From: an uncultured Gammaproteobacteria bacterium
GTDB taxonomy: Bacteria; Patescibacteriota; Patescibacteriia; JAHIZJ01
Length of the DNA: 64,000 nucleotides
Assembly (NCBI GenBank): GCA_964594455.1
Contig: CAZQLY010000001.1
Location: 97-64,096 of the forward strand
Direction: 5' to 3'
Made by a program: the position numbers and the translations under genes. Shown piece after piece: positions 40,104 to 49,183 of this stretch. The notes under the pieces are model-generated. The model was given only the letters and a program-made list of their open reading frames with translations, was not told the DNA's origin and made no database searches. The stretch's first letter is position 1; every line of letters starts with the position of its first letter.

Positions 40104-40226
40104 TATAAAAGCCCGATCTGAAGACTTGAGTCATAAATCGTTCTTTTAAACATCAACTCAAGTCTTCCGATTGGTCTTTTCAACAGAACCAGAAGCGAAC
40201 ACAACCCAAGGAAGGGGGTGATTCAG

Positions 40227-40376
40227 GTGAAGGATCCATGTAGTAGTCAGAACCAGTACAACCGCATGAGGTGGTATGAGTATGCTGGGCTGGCCTTGCT
40301 GGCTCTGAGCGTGGCTGTTCTACTCTATACCAGATTCTTCCAACCGGAGGTGTGGGCCCATGCCTTTCGCTTCTAA
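40227..40376 (+). CDS. Small 49-aa single-TM protein (below the ORF-track cutoff)
   Basis: SD AAGGGGGTGA, GTG start, WYEYAGLALLALSVAVLLY TM, downstream hairpin. Confidence 0.55.
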   Translation: MKDPCSSQNQYNRMRWYEYAGLALLALSVAVLLYTRFFQPEVWAHAFRF

Positions 40377-40625
40377 GCGCTACAACTAGGGAGGGTAACA
40401 GTTAGGCTGACCCTCCCCTCGTATTTTTATCAATTATCGTATGCGAGGATGATCATCCTCGCTTGCGAAAGGAATTAGATGATTATCAGCCAATTCGAGG
40501 TTTAAGTCTTGAGCTGGTTGCTAATCAAGTAGGTTAGCGATGGCTGGCGCAGAACGTCAGTACGGCTCTTTTCATAGACACTCCAGGGCGTCGATCGTTC
40601 CGGTGTCTTGTAAAAAGGGGGTTTG

Positions 40626-41180
40626 ATGATGTATGAGAAAATGGATCCTGTGGAACGTAAACGGAGAATCCATTGGAACCTTGCCTTACACATGGCAACG
40701 CTCTTTGCCATTCTTTCTTTAACGGTTCTGGGATATGTAATATTCCAAACCCCAACTGTTTTTAGTGACTTTTTCAGCAACCAGAAGGCGCTGATTTTCA
40801 CTCTCATCTCAGGATTTGTCCTAGGTTTGTCTCTCTGCGTTGTTCGCGAACCAGAGATGAATCGCAGAAGGTTCTATAACACTTTTCACCTCGTGGCCGG
40901 TTCTGCGACTCAGGAGGCAGTAACAGAATTCTTGACTGCTATAGCAGAGACGATCCGGAGAGACGATGAACGGCTTATCGAGCTTCAGATAAGACTAACG
41001 AATGATGAAGGTGCTGATCTCGATGAGTTGAGAAGGGGAATTGATAGACTGGAAGAGGAGTACAGAAGACTGAGGGACGACTTCTGGTATGCGCATAGGA
41101 TGGCTCAAAAGTGCGGTTTCAAGACACTCCCACGCTGGAAGTTCTACCTCAATAAACAGCTCGTGGCCCAGTTGAAGTGA
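40626..41180 (+). CDS. Hypothetical protein, 2 TM plus coiled coil
   Basis: About 184 aa ORF with purine-rich SD; ATG at 40626. Confidence 0.7.
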   Translation: MMYEKMDPVERKRRIHWNLALHMATLFAILSLTVLGYVIFQTPTVFSDFFSNQKALIFTLISGFVLGLSLCVVREPEMNRRRFYNTFHLVAGSATQEAVTEFLTAIAETIRRDDERLIELQIRLTNDEGADLDELRRGIDRLEEEYRRLRDDFWYAHRMAQKCGFKTLPRWKFYLNKQLVAQLK

Positions 41181-41330
41181 TAGGGGCAGGATGATCTTTG
41201 CGGGGCGGATCTGCTTATTTGCGGATTCGCTCCTTTTTCGTTTTAAAACGCAAGCGGACAAACGTTTGTCCGCTTACAGAAGTAGGAAATTTTTCTCTTC
41301 ACAAATTTAAATAGGGTAGTATAATTAGTA

Positions 41331-41550
41331 ATTGAAACCCAAGTTATACACACCCTTTGACACTTTGATTCCTGCCGATAACGAGGGACTCGATGTTATC
41401 GGACTGTAAAGATAAAATCCTTTGTCCTACTTTTTTTATAGGACTGTTCTTTTGATTTGGATTTTCAGATTTCAGTCTTTCAAATCGACATCACTCTCTC
41501 AAATCGGCAGAAATCAGGGTATCAAACTCCCTTATATCAAGGGAGTTTTT
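41331..41550 (+). ncRNA. Candidate small RNA, about 170-nt rod-like hairpin
   Basis: TATAAT at 41320; arms 41356-41379 and 41503-41526; terminator 41524-41550. Confidence 0.5.
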
Positions 41551-41592
41551 GTGTTGTTTTTTGCCTATAAAAATGGTAAAATGCTACCACCT

Positions 41593-43212
41593 ATGTTGAG
41601 TCGGATATTGTATAAGCTACAGACTACGATCATGGGCGGTGCGATTATAGTTGGTACTGCCTCTGTTGTCAGTCGTCTGATTGGGTTGCTGAGAGACAGG
41701 TTATTGGCTTCTACCTTTGGGGCTGGCGATACCCTTGATGTGTATTATGCCGCTTTTCGTCTGCCTGACTTTATTTTTAATATTTTGGTATTGGGCGCCC
41801 TGTCCTCGTCCTTCATCCCGGTTTTTTTGGATTATTGGTGTCGTGACAAGAGTAGTCAGGAATCTCAGCAGCAGGCCTGGAAGATTACAAATTCAGTCTT
41901 GAACTTAATTTTGATTGGACTGATTGTTGTGGGCGGGTTGATGGCATTATTTGCTCCCCAACTGACTGAATTAATTGCTCCAGGATTCTCGCCGGATAAG
42001 CAAGCAGAAACAGCCCAGCTGACCCGGATCATGCTATTAAGCATTGTGTTCTTTGGTTTGAGTAATGTGGTCAGTGGAGTACTCAATTCGTTCAGAAAGT
42101 TTTTTGCCTATTCACTGGCACCCATTATGTATAATTTGGGAATCATTTTTGGCATAATGGTATTAGTCCCGCAATGGGGCAAGCCGGGCTTGGCGATCGG
42201 TGTAGTCATGGGCGCTTTGGCCCATTTGCTGGTGCAGCTACCGGCTGTTTTCAAATCAGGCTATCGGTACCGTTGGATAATTGATACCACCCATGCCGGC
42301 GTTAAGAAGATTGGTAAATTGATGGTCCCCAGAGCTTTTGGCTTGGCCGTGGTTCAAATAAATCAAATAGTCATTAACGTAATTGCTTCAACCTTGCGCA
42401 CCGGAAGCGTAGCTATTTTTAATTTGGCCAATAACTTACAAAGTTTTCCGATCGGCGTGTTTGGTGTTTCTCTGGCGGTTTCGTCTTTTCCAGTTTTTAG
42501 CAAGGCTTTTGCCGAAAAAGATACCCAAGGATTTGTCTTTCACTTCTCAGAAACATTTCGTCGGGTTTTATTTTTTATTATTCCTGCCTCGGTAGCCATC
42601 CTTCTGCTCCGGGCTCAGATAGTACGTTTGATATTGGGCGCCGGACAGTTTGATTGGACTGATACGGTCTTAACAGCTCAAACCTTGGGGTTATTTTCTA
42701 TCTCGCTTTTCGCTCAAAGTCTGATTCCTATGCTGGCTCGGTCGTTTTATGCTTTTCAGAATACTAAGACGCCTGTAATAATCAGCTTGATTTCCATGGC
42801 AGTTAATGTAGTTTTGGGTTATTGGCTGAGTCAGCGCTGGGGTATCTCGGGTTTAGCTATGGCTTTTTCGTTTGCCAGCGTATTGAATATGCTGTTATTA
42901 TTAGCTACTCTAAGGGTTACCATTGGTTATTTGGATGATAATAGGATATTGCGGTCAGTGTTCAAAATTATGGTAGGTTCTGCAGCTTTAGGCTTTGTCA
43001 TACAATGGCTGAAATATGTCATTGCGCCGGTAGTTGATATGCAAACTTTTTGGGGCGTTTTTGCTCAGACAGCCGGGTCTCTCATAGTCGGAATAATAAT
43101 TTATCTTGTTGTAACGATGTTGCTTCAATCCGATGAAATAGAAGTTGTTCGTAAGTGGTTGGCCAAGGCTCGAGTGCAGTTTTTCAATAATTCTAATCGT
43201 ACTGATGAATAA
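41593..43212 (+). CDS. murJ: Lipid II flippase MurJ
   Basis: SRLIGLLRD, YYAAFRLPD, FIPVF, RSFYA..TKTP; start at 41581 or 41593. Confidence 0.93.
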   Translation: MLSRILYKLQTTIMGGAIIVGTASVVSRLIGLLRDRLLASTFGAGDTLDVYYAAFRLPDFIFNILVLGALSSSFIPVFLDYWCRDKSSQESQQQAWKITNSVLNLILIGLIVVGGLMALFAPQLTELIAPGFSPDKQAETAQLTRIMLLSIVFFGLSNVVSGVLNSFRKFFAYSLAPIMYNLGIIFGIMVLVPQWGKPGLAIGVVMGALAHLLVQLPAVFKSGYRYRWIIDTTHAGVKKIGKLMVPRAFGLAVVQINQIVINVIASTLRTGSVAIFNLANNLQSFPIGVFGVSLAVSSFPVFSKAFAEKDTQGFVFHFSETFRRVLFFIIPASVAILLLRAQIVRLILGAGQFDWTDTVLTAQTLGLFSISLFAQSLIPMLARSFYAFQNTKTPVIISLISMAVNVVLGYWLSQRWGISGLAMAFSFASVLNMLLLLATLRVTIGYLDDNRILRSVFKIMVGSAALGFVIQWLKYVIAPVVDMQTFWGVFAQTAGSLIVGIIIYLVVTMLLQSDEIEVVRKWLAKARVQFFNNSNRTDE

Positions 43213-45010
43213 ACCAGATTCATTAATCAGAAACTTTTGTGTCATTGCCCATATTGACCACGGTAAGTCCACGCTGGCGGACCGGTTTTTAGAATATACT
43301 AAAGCGGTGCCAGCCAGGCAGATGAAGGAACAGCTGCTGGATCAGATGGATATTGAGCGGGAAAGAGGAATTACGATCAAGCTCCAGCCTGTTCAAATGC
43401 ATTATCAAGCCAAGGATGGAAATAACTACGTACTCAATTTAATAGATACCCCTGGGCACGTAGATTTTTCCTACGAGGTTTCTCGTACTCTGGCAGCGGT
43501 CGAAGGAGCCGTCTTATTGGTCGATGCTACTCAAGGCATAGAAGCCCAGACTTTGTCCCATCTTTATTTGGCCATAGAGGAAAATTTAACCATCATTCCA
43601 GTAATCAATAAAATAGATTTACCAAACGCAGATGTCGAAAAAGTATCCCAAGAGTTAGTGAAACTTCTGGGAGTCAAGGCGGAAGATATTATCGCTGTAT
43701 CTGCCAAGACGGGAGAGAGTGTCGAGTCGATAATAGAAAAGATAGTTGATCAAGTGCCTCCACCACAGTCTGCACAGTTGGATAAATTACAGGCTCTGAT
43801 ATTTGATTCGACTTATGATGAATACCGAGGGGTGATTGCCTACGTTAGGATATTTAACGGCCGGGTCAAAGCGGGAGATAAAATTCATTTCATGCAGACA
43901 AATAAGATTACTGAGGTTCTGGAAGTAGGTATTTTTGCGCCTCAATTGATCAAGCAGGAGAAGATTGAAACGGGAGGCATTGGTTATATCGTAACGGGCT
44001 TAAAAGAGGTTAGTCACTGTCGGGTTGGTGATACTATAACCTTGAATCAAAAAGATTTGCCTGGTCCCTTGCCCGGCTACAAAACCGTCAAACCCATGGT
44101 TTTCGCTGGCCTATATACTAAAGAAGGCGATGAATATCCCAACCTGCGTGAAGCAGTGGAAAAGTTGAAACTGAATGATGCGGCTTTTACGTATGAGCCA
44201 GAACATTTTCCGGCCCTGGGATTTGGATTTCGAGCTGGTTTTTTGGGACTACTGCATTTAGAAATAATCCAAGAAAGATTAAAACGCGAATACGATTTAA
44301 ATATTATTGTCACAGCGCCAGGTGTAGCCTATCGCTTGAAGAAAAAAAGTTTATCTGAGGTAATAATTATTCGCAGTGCACAGGATATGCCCGATCCAAC
44401 TGAGATAGAATTCATTGAAGAGCCTTGGCTGCAGGTGGATATAGTCAGCCCTGCGGAATATATTGGATCGATTATGAAATTGGTACAGGAAGCACACGGA
44501 ATATACCGTTCGATGGAGTATTTAGACCAAGATCGGGTGATACTGCATTACGAGGTGCCCTTAGCTAGCGTAATAATTGATTTTTATGATAGACTAAAAA
44601 GTGCCACTCGCGGTTACGCTTCTTTAAATTACGACTTTTTAGAATATCGCCAGGCTGATTTGATTAAGCTGGACATATTGATAGCTGGAGAGGTTGAAGA
44701 AGCCTTGAGCTCGATAGTTAGAAAAAATGAAGCTTATAGCCAGGGTCGTTTAGCAGTCGATAATTTGAAAAAGGTAATTCCGAAACAACAGTTTGAGGTT
44801 AAAATTCAAGCAGCCATTTCCGGAAAAATTATTGCGGCTAGTCGCCTGGCAGCTCTTAGAAAAGACGTTACGGCTAAACTTTACGGAGGAGATGTAACCA
44901 GAAAAAGAAAGTTGTTGGAGAAGCAGAAAAAGGGCAAGAAACGAATGAAAGAGATGGGGCGAGTTGATATTCCGTCCGATGCGTATATTTCGCTCTTGAA
45001 AAGAAAATAA
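43205..45010 (+). CDS. lepA: Elongation factor 4 (LepA)
   Basis: IAHIDHGKSTLADR, GFLGLLH, LYGGDVTRKRKLLEKQKKGKKRM. Confidence 0.97.
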   Translation: MNKPDSLIRNFCVIAHIDHGKSTLADRFLEYTKAVPARQMKEQLLDQMDIERERGITIKLQPVQMHYQAKDGNNYVLNLIDTPGHVDFSYEVSRTLAAVEGAVLLVDATQGIEAQTLSHLYLAIEENLTIIPVINKIDLPNADVEKVSQELVKLLGVKAEDIIAVSAKTGESVESIIEKIVDQVPPPQSAQLDKLQALIFDSTYDEYRGVIAYVRIFNGRVKAGDKIHFMQTNKITEVLEVGIFAPQLIKQEKIETGGIGYIVTGLKEVSHCRVGDTITLNQKDLPGPLPGYKTVKPMVFAGLYTKEGDEYPNLREAVEKLKLNDAAFTYEPEHFPALGFGFRAGFLGLLHLEIIQERLKREYDLNIIVTAPGVAYRLKKKSLSEVIIIRSAQDMPDPTEIEFIEEPWLQVDIVSPAEYIGSIMKLVQEAHGIYRSMEYLDQDRVILHYEVPLASVIIDFYDRLKSATRGYASLNYDFLEYRQADLIKLDILIAGEVEEALSSIVRKNEAYSQGRLAVDNLKKVIPKQQFEVKIQAAISGKIIAASRLAALRKDVTAKLYGGDVTRKRKLLEKQKKGKKRMKEMGRVDIPSDAYISLLKRK

Positions 45011-45051
45011 AAAACACCGCCGATCAGTGTTTATACTATTTTAGATGGATA

Positions 45052-45159
45052 TTATCTAAAGGCCGGAGCAATAGTAAAAGCAACCATGGCAAGAATTCCG
45101 ACCAGAGTAATGATTATCCAAATTATACGTATTCTTTTTTGATGTTTTTTTACCAGCAT
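45052..45159 (-). CDS. Small 35-aa membrane protein MLVKKHQKRIRIIWIIITLVGILAMVAFTIAPAFR
   Basis: Basic N-terminus plus one TM; fills the intergenic gap. Confidence 0.6.
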   Translation of the reverse strand: MLVKKHQKRIRIIWIIITLVGILAMVAFTIAPAFR

Positions 45160-45171
45160 AATTGATTTCGT

Positions 45172-45813
45172 ATGTTCGAGGGTTATTATACCAAAAATTT
45201 AAAAGAAGGGGAAGAGTTGGTTCAAATAGTCCGACGATATTATTTGACCTATTCTTTTCATATCATATTAGCCTTTATAATCATACTGCTGCCATTCTTT
45301 TTCCTCTACCCACTTTTTCGAATGGGAGGCTGGGGAATATTCTTTTTCTTTTTAATGCTGTTGGTTGGCGTTTTTTATGCTTTGCGCCAGTCAATAATCT
45401 ATTTTATGAATGGATTAGTGATTACCAGGGATCGAATTATAGATTTTGATCAAAAAGGACTTTTTAACCGAGTAGTTTCCGAATCTAGTTATGGCAAGAT
45501 ACAGGATATTAGTTTCAAGATAAAAGGGATCTGGCAGACCGTGTTTAATTATGGAGATATCGAGATTCAAACAGCCGCCTCTCAGGCAAACTTAGAAATA
45601 AAAGATGTGGCTGAACCTCAGAAAATCCAGGACTTGATAGTCAAAATACAGCAAGAAACAGCCAAACCACCGGAAGATCTATCAGCCCAGGAGTTAGTTA
45701 CCATGGTGACCAAGATAAAGAAAGGATTAGGTGAGGAGAAATTTCAGGAGCTTGTCCGATCAAACACGGAAACTAAGCCCAAAAAGCCAAAAAAGAGGAT
45801 TGCCAAGGAGTAG
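45172..45813 (+). CDS. Bacterial PH domain membrane protein
   Basis: 2 TM then ITRDRIID..QKGLF...IQDI...NYGDIEIQTA. Confidence 0.85.
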   Translation: MFEGYYTKNLKEGEELVQIVRRYYLTYSFHIILAFIIILLPFFFLYPLFRMGGWGIFFFFLMLLVGVFYALRQSIIYFMNGLVITRDRIIDFDQKGLFNRVVSESSYGKIQDISFKIKGIWQTVFNYGDIEIQTAASQANLEIKDVAEPQKIQDLIVKIQQETAKPPEDLSAQELVTMVTKIKKGLGEEKFQELVRSNTETKPKKPKKRIAKE

Positions 45814-45834
45814 ACTCTCTGTTATACTCATTTT

Positions 45835-46248
45835 ATGAAATCCAAGAAACAGACAGGCACTTGGAAACGTTTTCTGGGCTCTCGAATGCTGCTAGTGTTC
45901 GAAATAGCAGTGATTGTGTTGTTTTCGGTAGCCTTGGCTAAAGAAATAATCAGACGCTGGGAAGTAAGAACTGAAATTACCAAACTAGAAGATGAAATAG
46001 AGCAACTAGAAACTCAAAATGCTGAACTATCTGGTTTGATATCCTACTTTCAATCTGATTATTACAAAGAGCGTGAGGCAAGGTTGAAGCTTGGCCTACA
46101 AAAAGAGGGGGAGTCAGCCCTGAGTTTACCGGTGATTCAAAACTCCGATTCTGAAACAGAAGACGGGTCGGGAACGCCGATAGCAGCTCGATCGGGGGAT
46201 ACAACCATTCCTCAAAAATGGTGGAACTATTTTTTCTCAAAACAATAA
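45835..46248 (+). CDS. Septum formation initiator (FtsB/DivIC family)
   Basis: TM, coiled coil, EREARLKLGLQKEGE. Confidence 0.85.
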   Translation: MKSKKQTGTWKRFLGSRMLLVFEIAVIVLFSVALAKEIIRRWEVRTEITKLEDEIEQLETQNAELSGLISYFQSDYYKEREARLKLGLQKEGESALSLPVIQNSDSETEDGSGTPIAARSGDTTIPQKWWNYFFSKQ

Positions 46249-46268
46249 ATTAATTAATAGGAATAATT

Positions 46269-47510
46269 ATGCCACGCAAAAACACCAACAATAATGCAAC
46301 TAAGAAGAAGAGCGTAAAGAATGGTAAAAACAGTAAGACTAAAACCCAGAATAATGTTGTTGCCGCTGAGACGGATCCCAATGAGACTAAAAAGGCCCGA
46401 AAAGAGATATTAGAGATTATCAGTCAGGATAATATCGATAACAACACAGTCAAAGAGCCAAAAAGCCAGCCCAAAAAAGAGGTGGTCAGCGAGTCTCCCA
46501 AAGAATCTCCCATAGAGCCCCCCCAAGAGTCAGCGAAGGCTAAAGTAGAAACCAAAGCCAAACCTCAAATAGGGGTAGGCCGAAAAATTGGTTTAGCAGC
46601 TTTGGCCGTGGTATTGGTTTTTGTGGTAGCGATTGGTGTTTTTGCTGTTGGTCTATATGGCTATGGTTGGGATGATGAAATGATTACCCAAAGAGTGGTC
46701 AAGGTTATTCCTTTTCCGGCAGCTATCGTCCAAAACAGCCCAGTAACTTACAGCCAATTTTTCAATGATCTTAGCGCTCTAGAACAGTATTATCAAAAAC
46801 AATACGAGTTAAATCCGGACGCAGTAACTATACCATCTAAGGAAGAGCTGCAATCAGTGATAATGGACAAATTGATACAGGACAAACTCTTACTCAAGCA
46901 GTTGCGTGAAGCCGGATTAAAAGTAACTCAGAACGACATTGATGAAGAATTGGCCAATGTGATTGCTGAATCCGGTGGCGAGGAAACTCTAGCTAAATCA
47001 TTGAATGAATTATACGGTTGGACTATTGATGATTTTACCGACAGTATTTTGAGAATATATTTGGCTCGAGAAAAAATGCAGGGTTATCTGTCATTTAACG
47101 AATCTCTGTCTTTTAACCAAGAAGCCAAAGAACGAATTGAGGAAGTAGCAGATAAGTTAAAAAACGGCGAGTTGGATTTCAAAGAAGCGGCTGCCCAATA
47201 CAGCGAGGATGTTACAGCCTCTAATGGTGGTAGTCTGGGGTTTCTTGCCAAGGATGAGCTGGAAGATAATTTTGCCCAGGTAGCCTTTTCTCTAGAAGAA
47301 GGCGAAACTAGCGATGTCGTGCACACTTTGTATGGGTACCACATTATCAAAGTGGAAGAAGTAATTATGGGAGTTGATTCTGAAGGAGAAGCAGACGCCG
47401 ATGGAGAAGAGCGACGCAATCTTTCTCATATTTTGATTAAAACCAAAGATTTGGATGAATGGTTGAACGAGTTACTAAACAATTCAAAAGTCTATAACTT
47501 TGTACAATAA
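46269..47510 (+). CDS. PrsA/SurA-like peptidyl-prolyl isomerase
   Basis: F..AAAQYSED...NGGSLG, YGYHIIKV, HILIK. Confidence 0.9.
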   Translation: MPRKNTNNNATKKKSVKNGKNSKTKTQNNVVAAETDPNETKKARKEILEIISQDNIDNNTVKEPKSQPKKEVVSESPKESPIEPPQESAKAKVETKAKPQIGVGRKIGLAALAVVLVFVVAIGVFAVGLYGYGWDDEMITQRVVKVIPFPAAIVQNSPVTYSQFFNDLSALEQYYQKQYELNPDAVTIPSKEELQSVIMDKLIQDKLLLKQLREAGLKVTQNDIDEELANVIAESGGEETLAKSLNELYGWTIDDFTDSILRIYLAREKMQGYLSFNESLSFNQEAKERIEEVADKLKNGELDFKEAAAQYSEDVTASNGGSLGFLAKDELEDNFAQVAFSLEEGETSDVVHTLYGYHIIKVEEVIMGVDSEGEADADGEERRNLSHILIKTKDLDEWLNELLNNSKVYNFVQ

Positions 47511-47585
47511 ATGAGATCAAAATAGCCGCCAGTTGTGTTGGCGGTTGTTTTGTGTGGATATGGTTTTTAATCTGTTAAGAATTTT

Positions 47586-47661
47586 TGGAGCCGATGGTCG
47601 GAATCGAACCGACAACCTCTCCCTTACGAAGGGATTGCTCTACCAATTGAGCTACATCGGC
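47586..47661 (-). tRNA. tRNA-Thr(CGT)
   Basis: Cloverleaf GCCGATG...GTTCGATT...CATCGGCTCCA, anticodon CGT. Confidence 0.95.
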
Positions 47662-47669
47662 GTGTTATA

Positions 47670-47792
47670 AGTTGCTCTACCCGCCTCGACTCGCCGCTCA
47701 CTTTGTCACGGTTTTGCGAGATGAGTCTCGGCGAGGCGGGCCCAGCCTAGACTTGCCTTCTCGGCGAGGCGGGCCAGCTGAGCTACTTCGGC
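47670..47792 (-). pseudogene. 5' fragment of a tRNA (Thr-like) with a REP-like insertion in the D-loop
   Basis: GCCGAAGTAGCTCAGCTG[GC-rich palindromic insert]GGTAGAGCAACT; no anticodon or T arm. Confidence 0.65.
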
Positions 47793-47820
47793 CTAAACAA
47801 CTTGATTGTACCAAATATTT

Positions 47821-48576
47821 ATGAATGATCAAACTGTCAAAACTGGTTTACTTTGGAGCGGTGTAGACAACATGCCAGCCATTATCTTGATTCATGGTTT
47901 TACAGGCAGTCCATACGAGTTAGAAGGGTTTGCTGAACAGCTTAATCATGCGGGTTTTACTGTTTTGAGGTCAAAGCTGGCTGGACATGGAACTACTCCA
48001 GCAGATTTAAATAAACAAAAGGAGACCGATTGGATTAAGGGGTTAGTAGCTGAATACCAACAACTGTCGGCTCGTTATAACACTATCTACATTGTAGGTA
48101 TCTCGTTTGGGGGAGTTGTGGCCCTGGAGGCAATCAGGAGAAAGCTGATCGACCCCAAAGGGATTATTACGATCAGCACTCCGGTTTTTATGCCCAAGGA
48201 AAAATCCCAAAAATGGGTGGTACCGATTTTACGCTATTTAAAAAGAAGTGTTAAAAAATCTTGGGTCAAACCAGAGGATTATGGAAAGTATGAGGAGTGG
48301 AAAGTGTACACAAAAATTCCTTTGCACGCCCTATATTATTCAAACAAACTGACCGTAATGGTAAGGGAAAGGCTCAACGAAATATCATTGCCCATAATGA
48401 TAATTCATTCAAAGAAAGATCCCGTAGTTGATTCGCTCAATGCTGAATATCTTTACAACCGTATTGGATCTAGTAATAAGATATTGGAATTAACAGAGGA
48501 GCCCAATCACAGTATCTGGAAAGTAAATACGGTACAAATTGTAGAAAAGATTATGCAATTTATTAAAACAACATAG
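47821..48576 (+). CDS. Carboxylesterase (alpha/beta hydrolase)
   Basis: IHGFTGSP, GHGT, GISFGG, DPVV, NH. Confidence 0.9.
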   Translation: MNDQTVKTGLLWSGVDNMPAIILIHGFTGSPYELEGFAEQLNHAGFTVLRSKLAGHGTTPADLNKQKETDWIKGLVAEYQQLSARYNTIYIVGISFGGVVALEAIRRKLIDPKGIITISTPVFMPKEKSQKWVVPILRYLKRSVKKSWVKPEDYGKYEEWKVYTKIPLHALYYSNKLTVMVRERLNEISLPIMIIHSKKDPVVDSLNAEYLYNRIGSSNKILELTEEPNHSIWKVNTVQIVEKIMQFIKTT

Positions 48577-48577
48577 T

Positions 48578-48982
48578 ATGAAGAACTCAATTCTTTTAGT
48601 CGAAGACGAACGTGATTTGATCAAAATGTATCGAGATATATTTAACCGGCACAAAAAGTTTGATTTACTGACAGCCGAGAATAAAGTTGATGGGATACAA
48701 ACGATCAAGAAACATCAGCCAGGGGTTATTTTGCTGGATTTAATAATTCCAGAGGAGCCAGGCGGAATGGTGGCTTATGACCAAAGAGTGGGATTTGATT
48801 TATTACGAGAAATTAGATCTGAACCGAATTTAAATAAATTGAGATTCTTTGTATTCAGCAATATTGATACACACGAAGACCGCCAAACTTCAGATGAGTT
48901 GGGCGTTCAGGAATATTTGTTGAAAGCTGATTATACACCAACTGGGTTGATCAAAAAGTTAGAAAAAAACATTATCGGATGA
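48578..48982 (+). CDS. Single-domain response regulator
   Basis: ILLVEDE, ILLDLIIP, FSN, YLLKA. Confidence 0.9.
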   Translation: MKNSILLVEDERDLIKMYRDIFNRHKKFDLLTAENKVDGIQTIKKHQPGVILLDLIIPEEPGGMVAYDQRVGFDLLREIRSEPNLNKLRFFVFSNIDTHEDRQTSDELGVQEYLLKADYTPTGLIKKLEKNIIG

Positions 48983-48984
48983 TC

Positions 48985-49058
48985 TGGAGCGGGATACGAG
49001 ACTCGAACTCGCCTCTCTTGCTTGGGAAGCAAGCGTACTACCCCTGTACTAATCCCGC
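48985..49058 (-). tRNA. tRNA-Gly(CCC)
   Basis: GCGGGAT...CTTGC-TTCCCAA-GCAAG...GTTCGAG...ATCCCGCTCCA. Confidence 0.93.
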
Positions 49059-49089
49059 TGGAAGATATTATCGAACACGACTATGTCGC

Positions 49090-49111
49090 ACCTGCCTGCC
49101 GGCAGGCAGGT
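49090..49111. repeat. 22-bp perfect palindrome ACCTGCCTGCCGGCAGGCAGGT (REP-like)
   Basis: Self-complementary; lies in the tRNA-Gly leader. Confidence 0.8.
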
Positions 49112-49183
49112 ATTACCACTATACTACACCCGCAGCATTAATTGACAATTTTTGAAAAAGAAGTTTTACTTATACTGTTACTC

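Noticed and set aside
41422-41592. N-terminal extension of murJ in the ORF track
   Set aside because: Runs through a hairpin and terminator; MurJ-like sequence begins near 41593.
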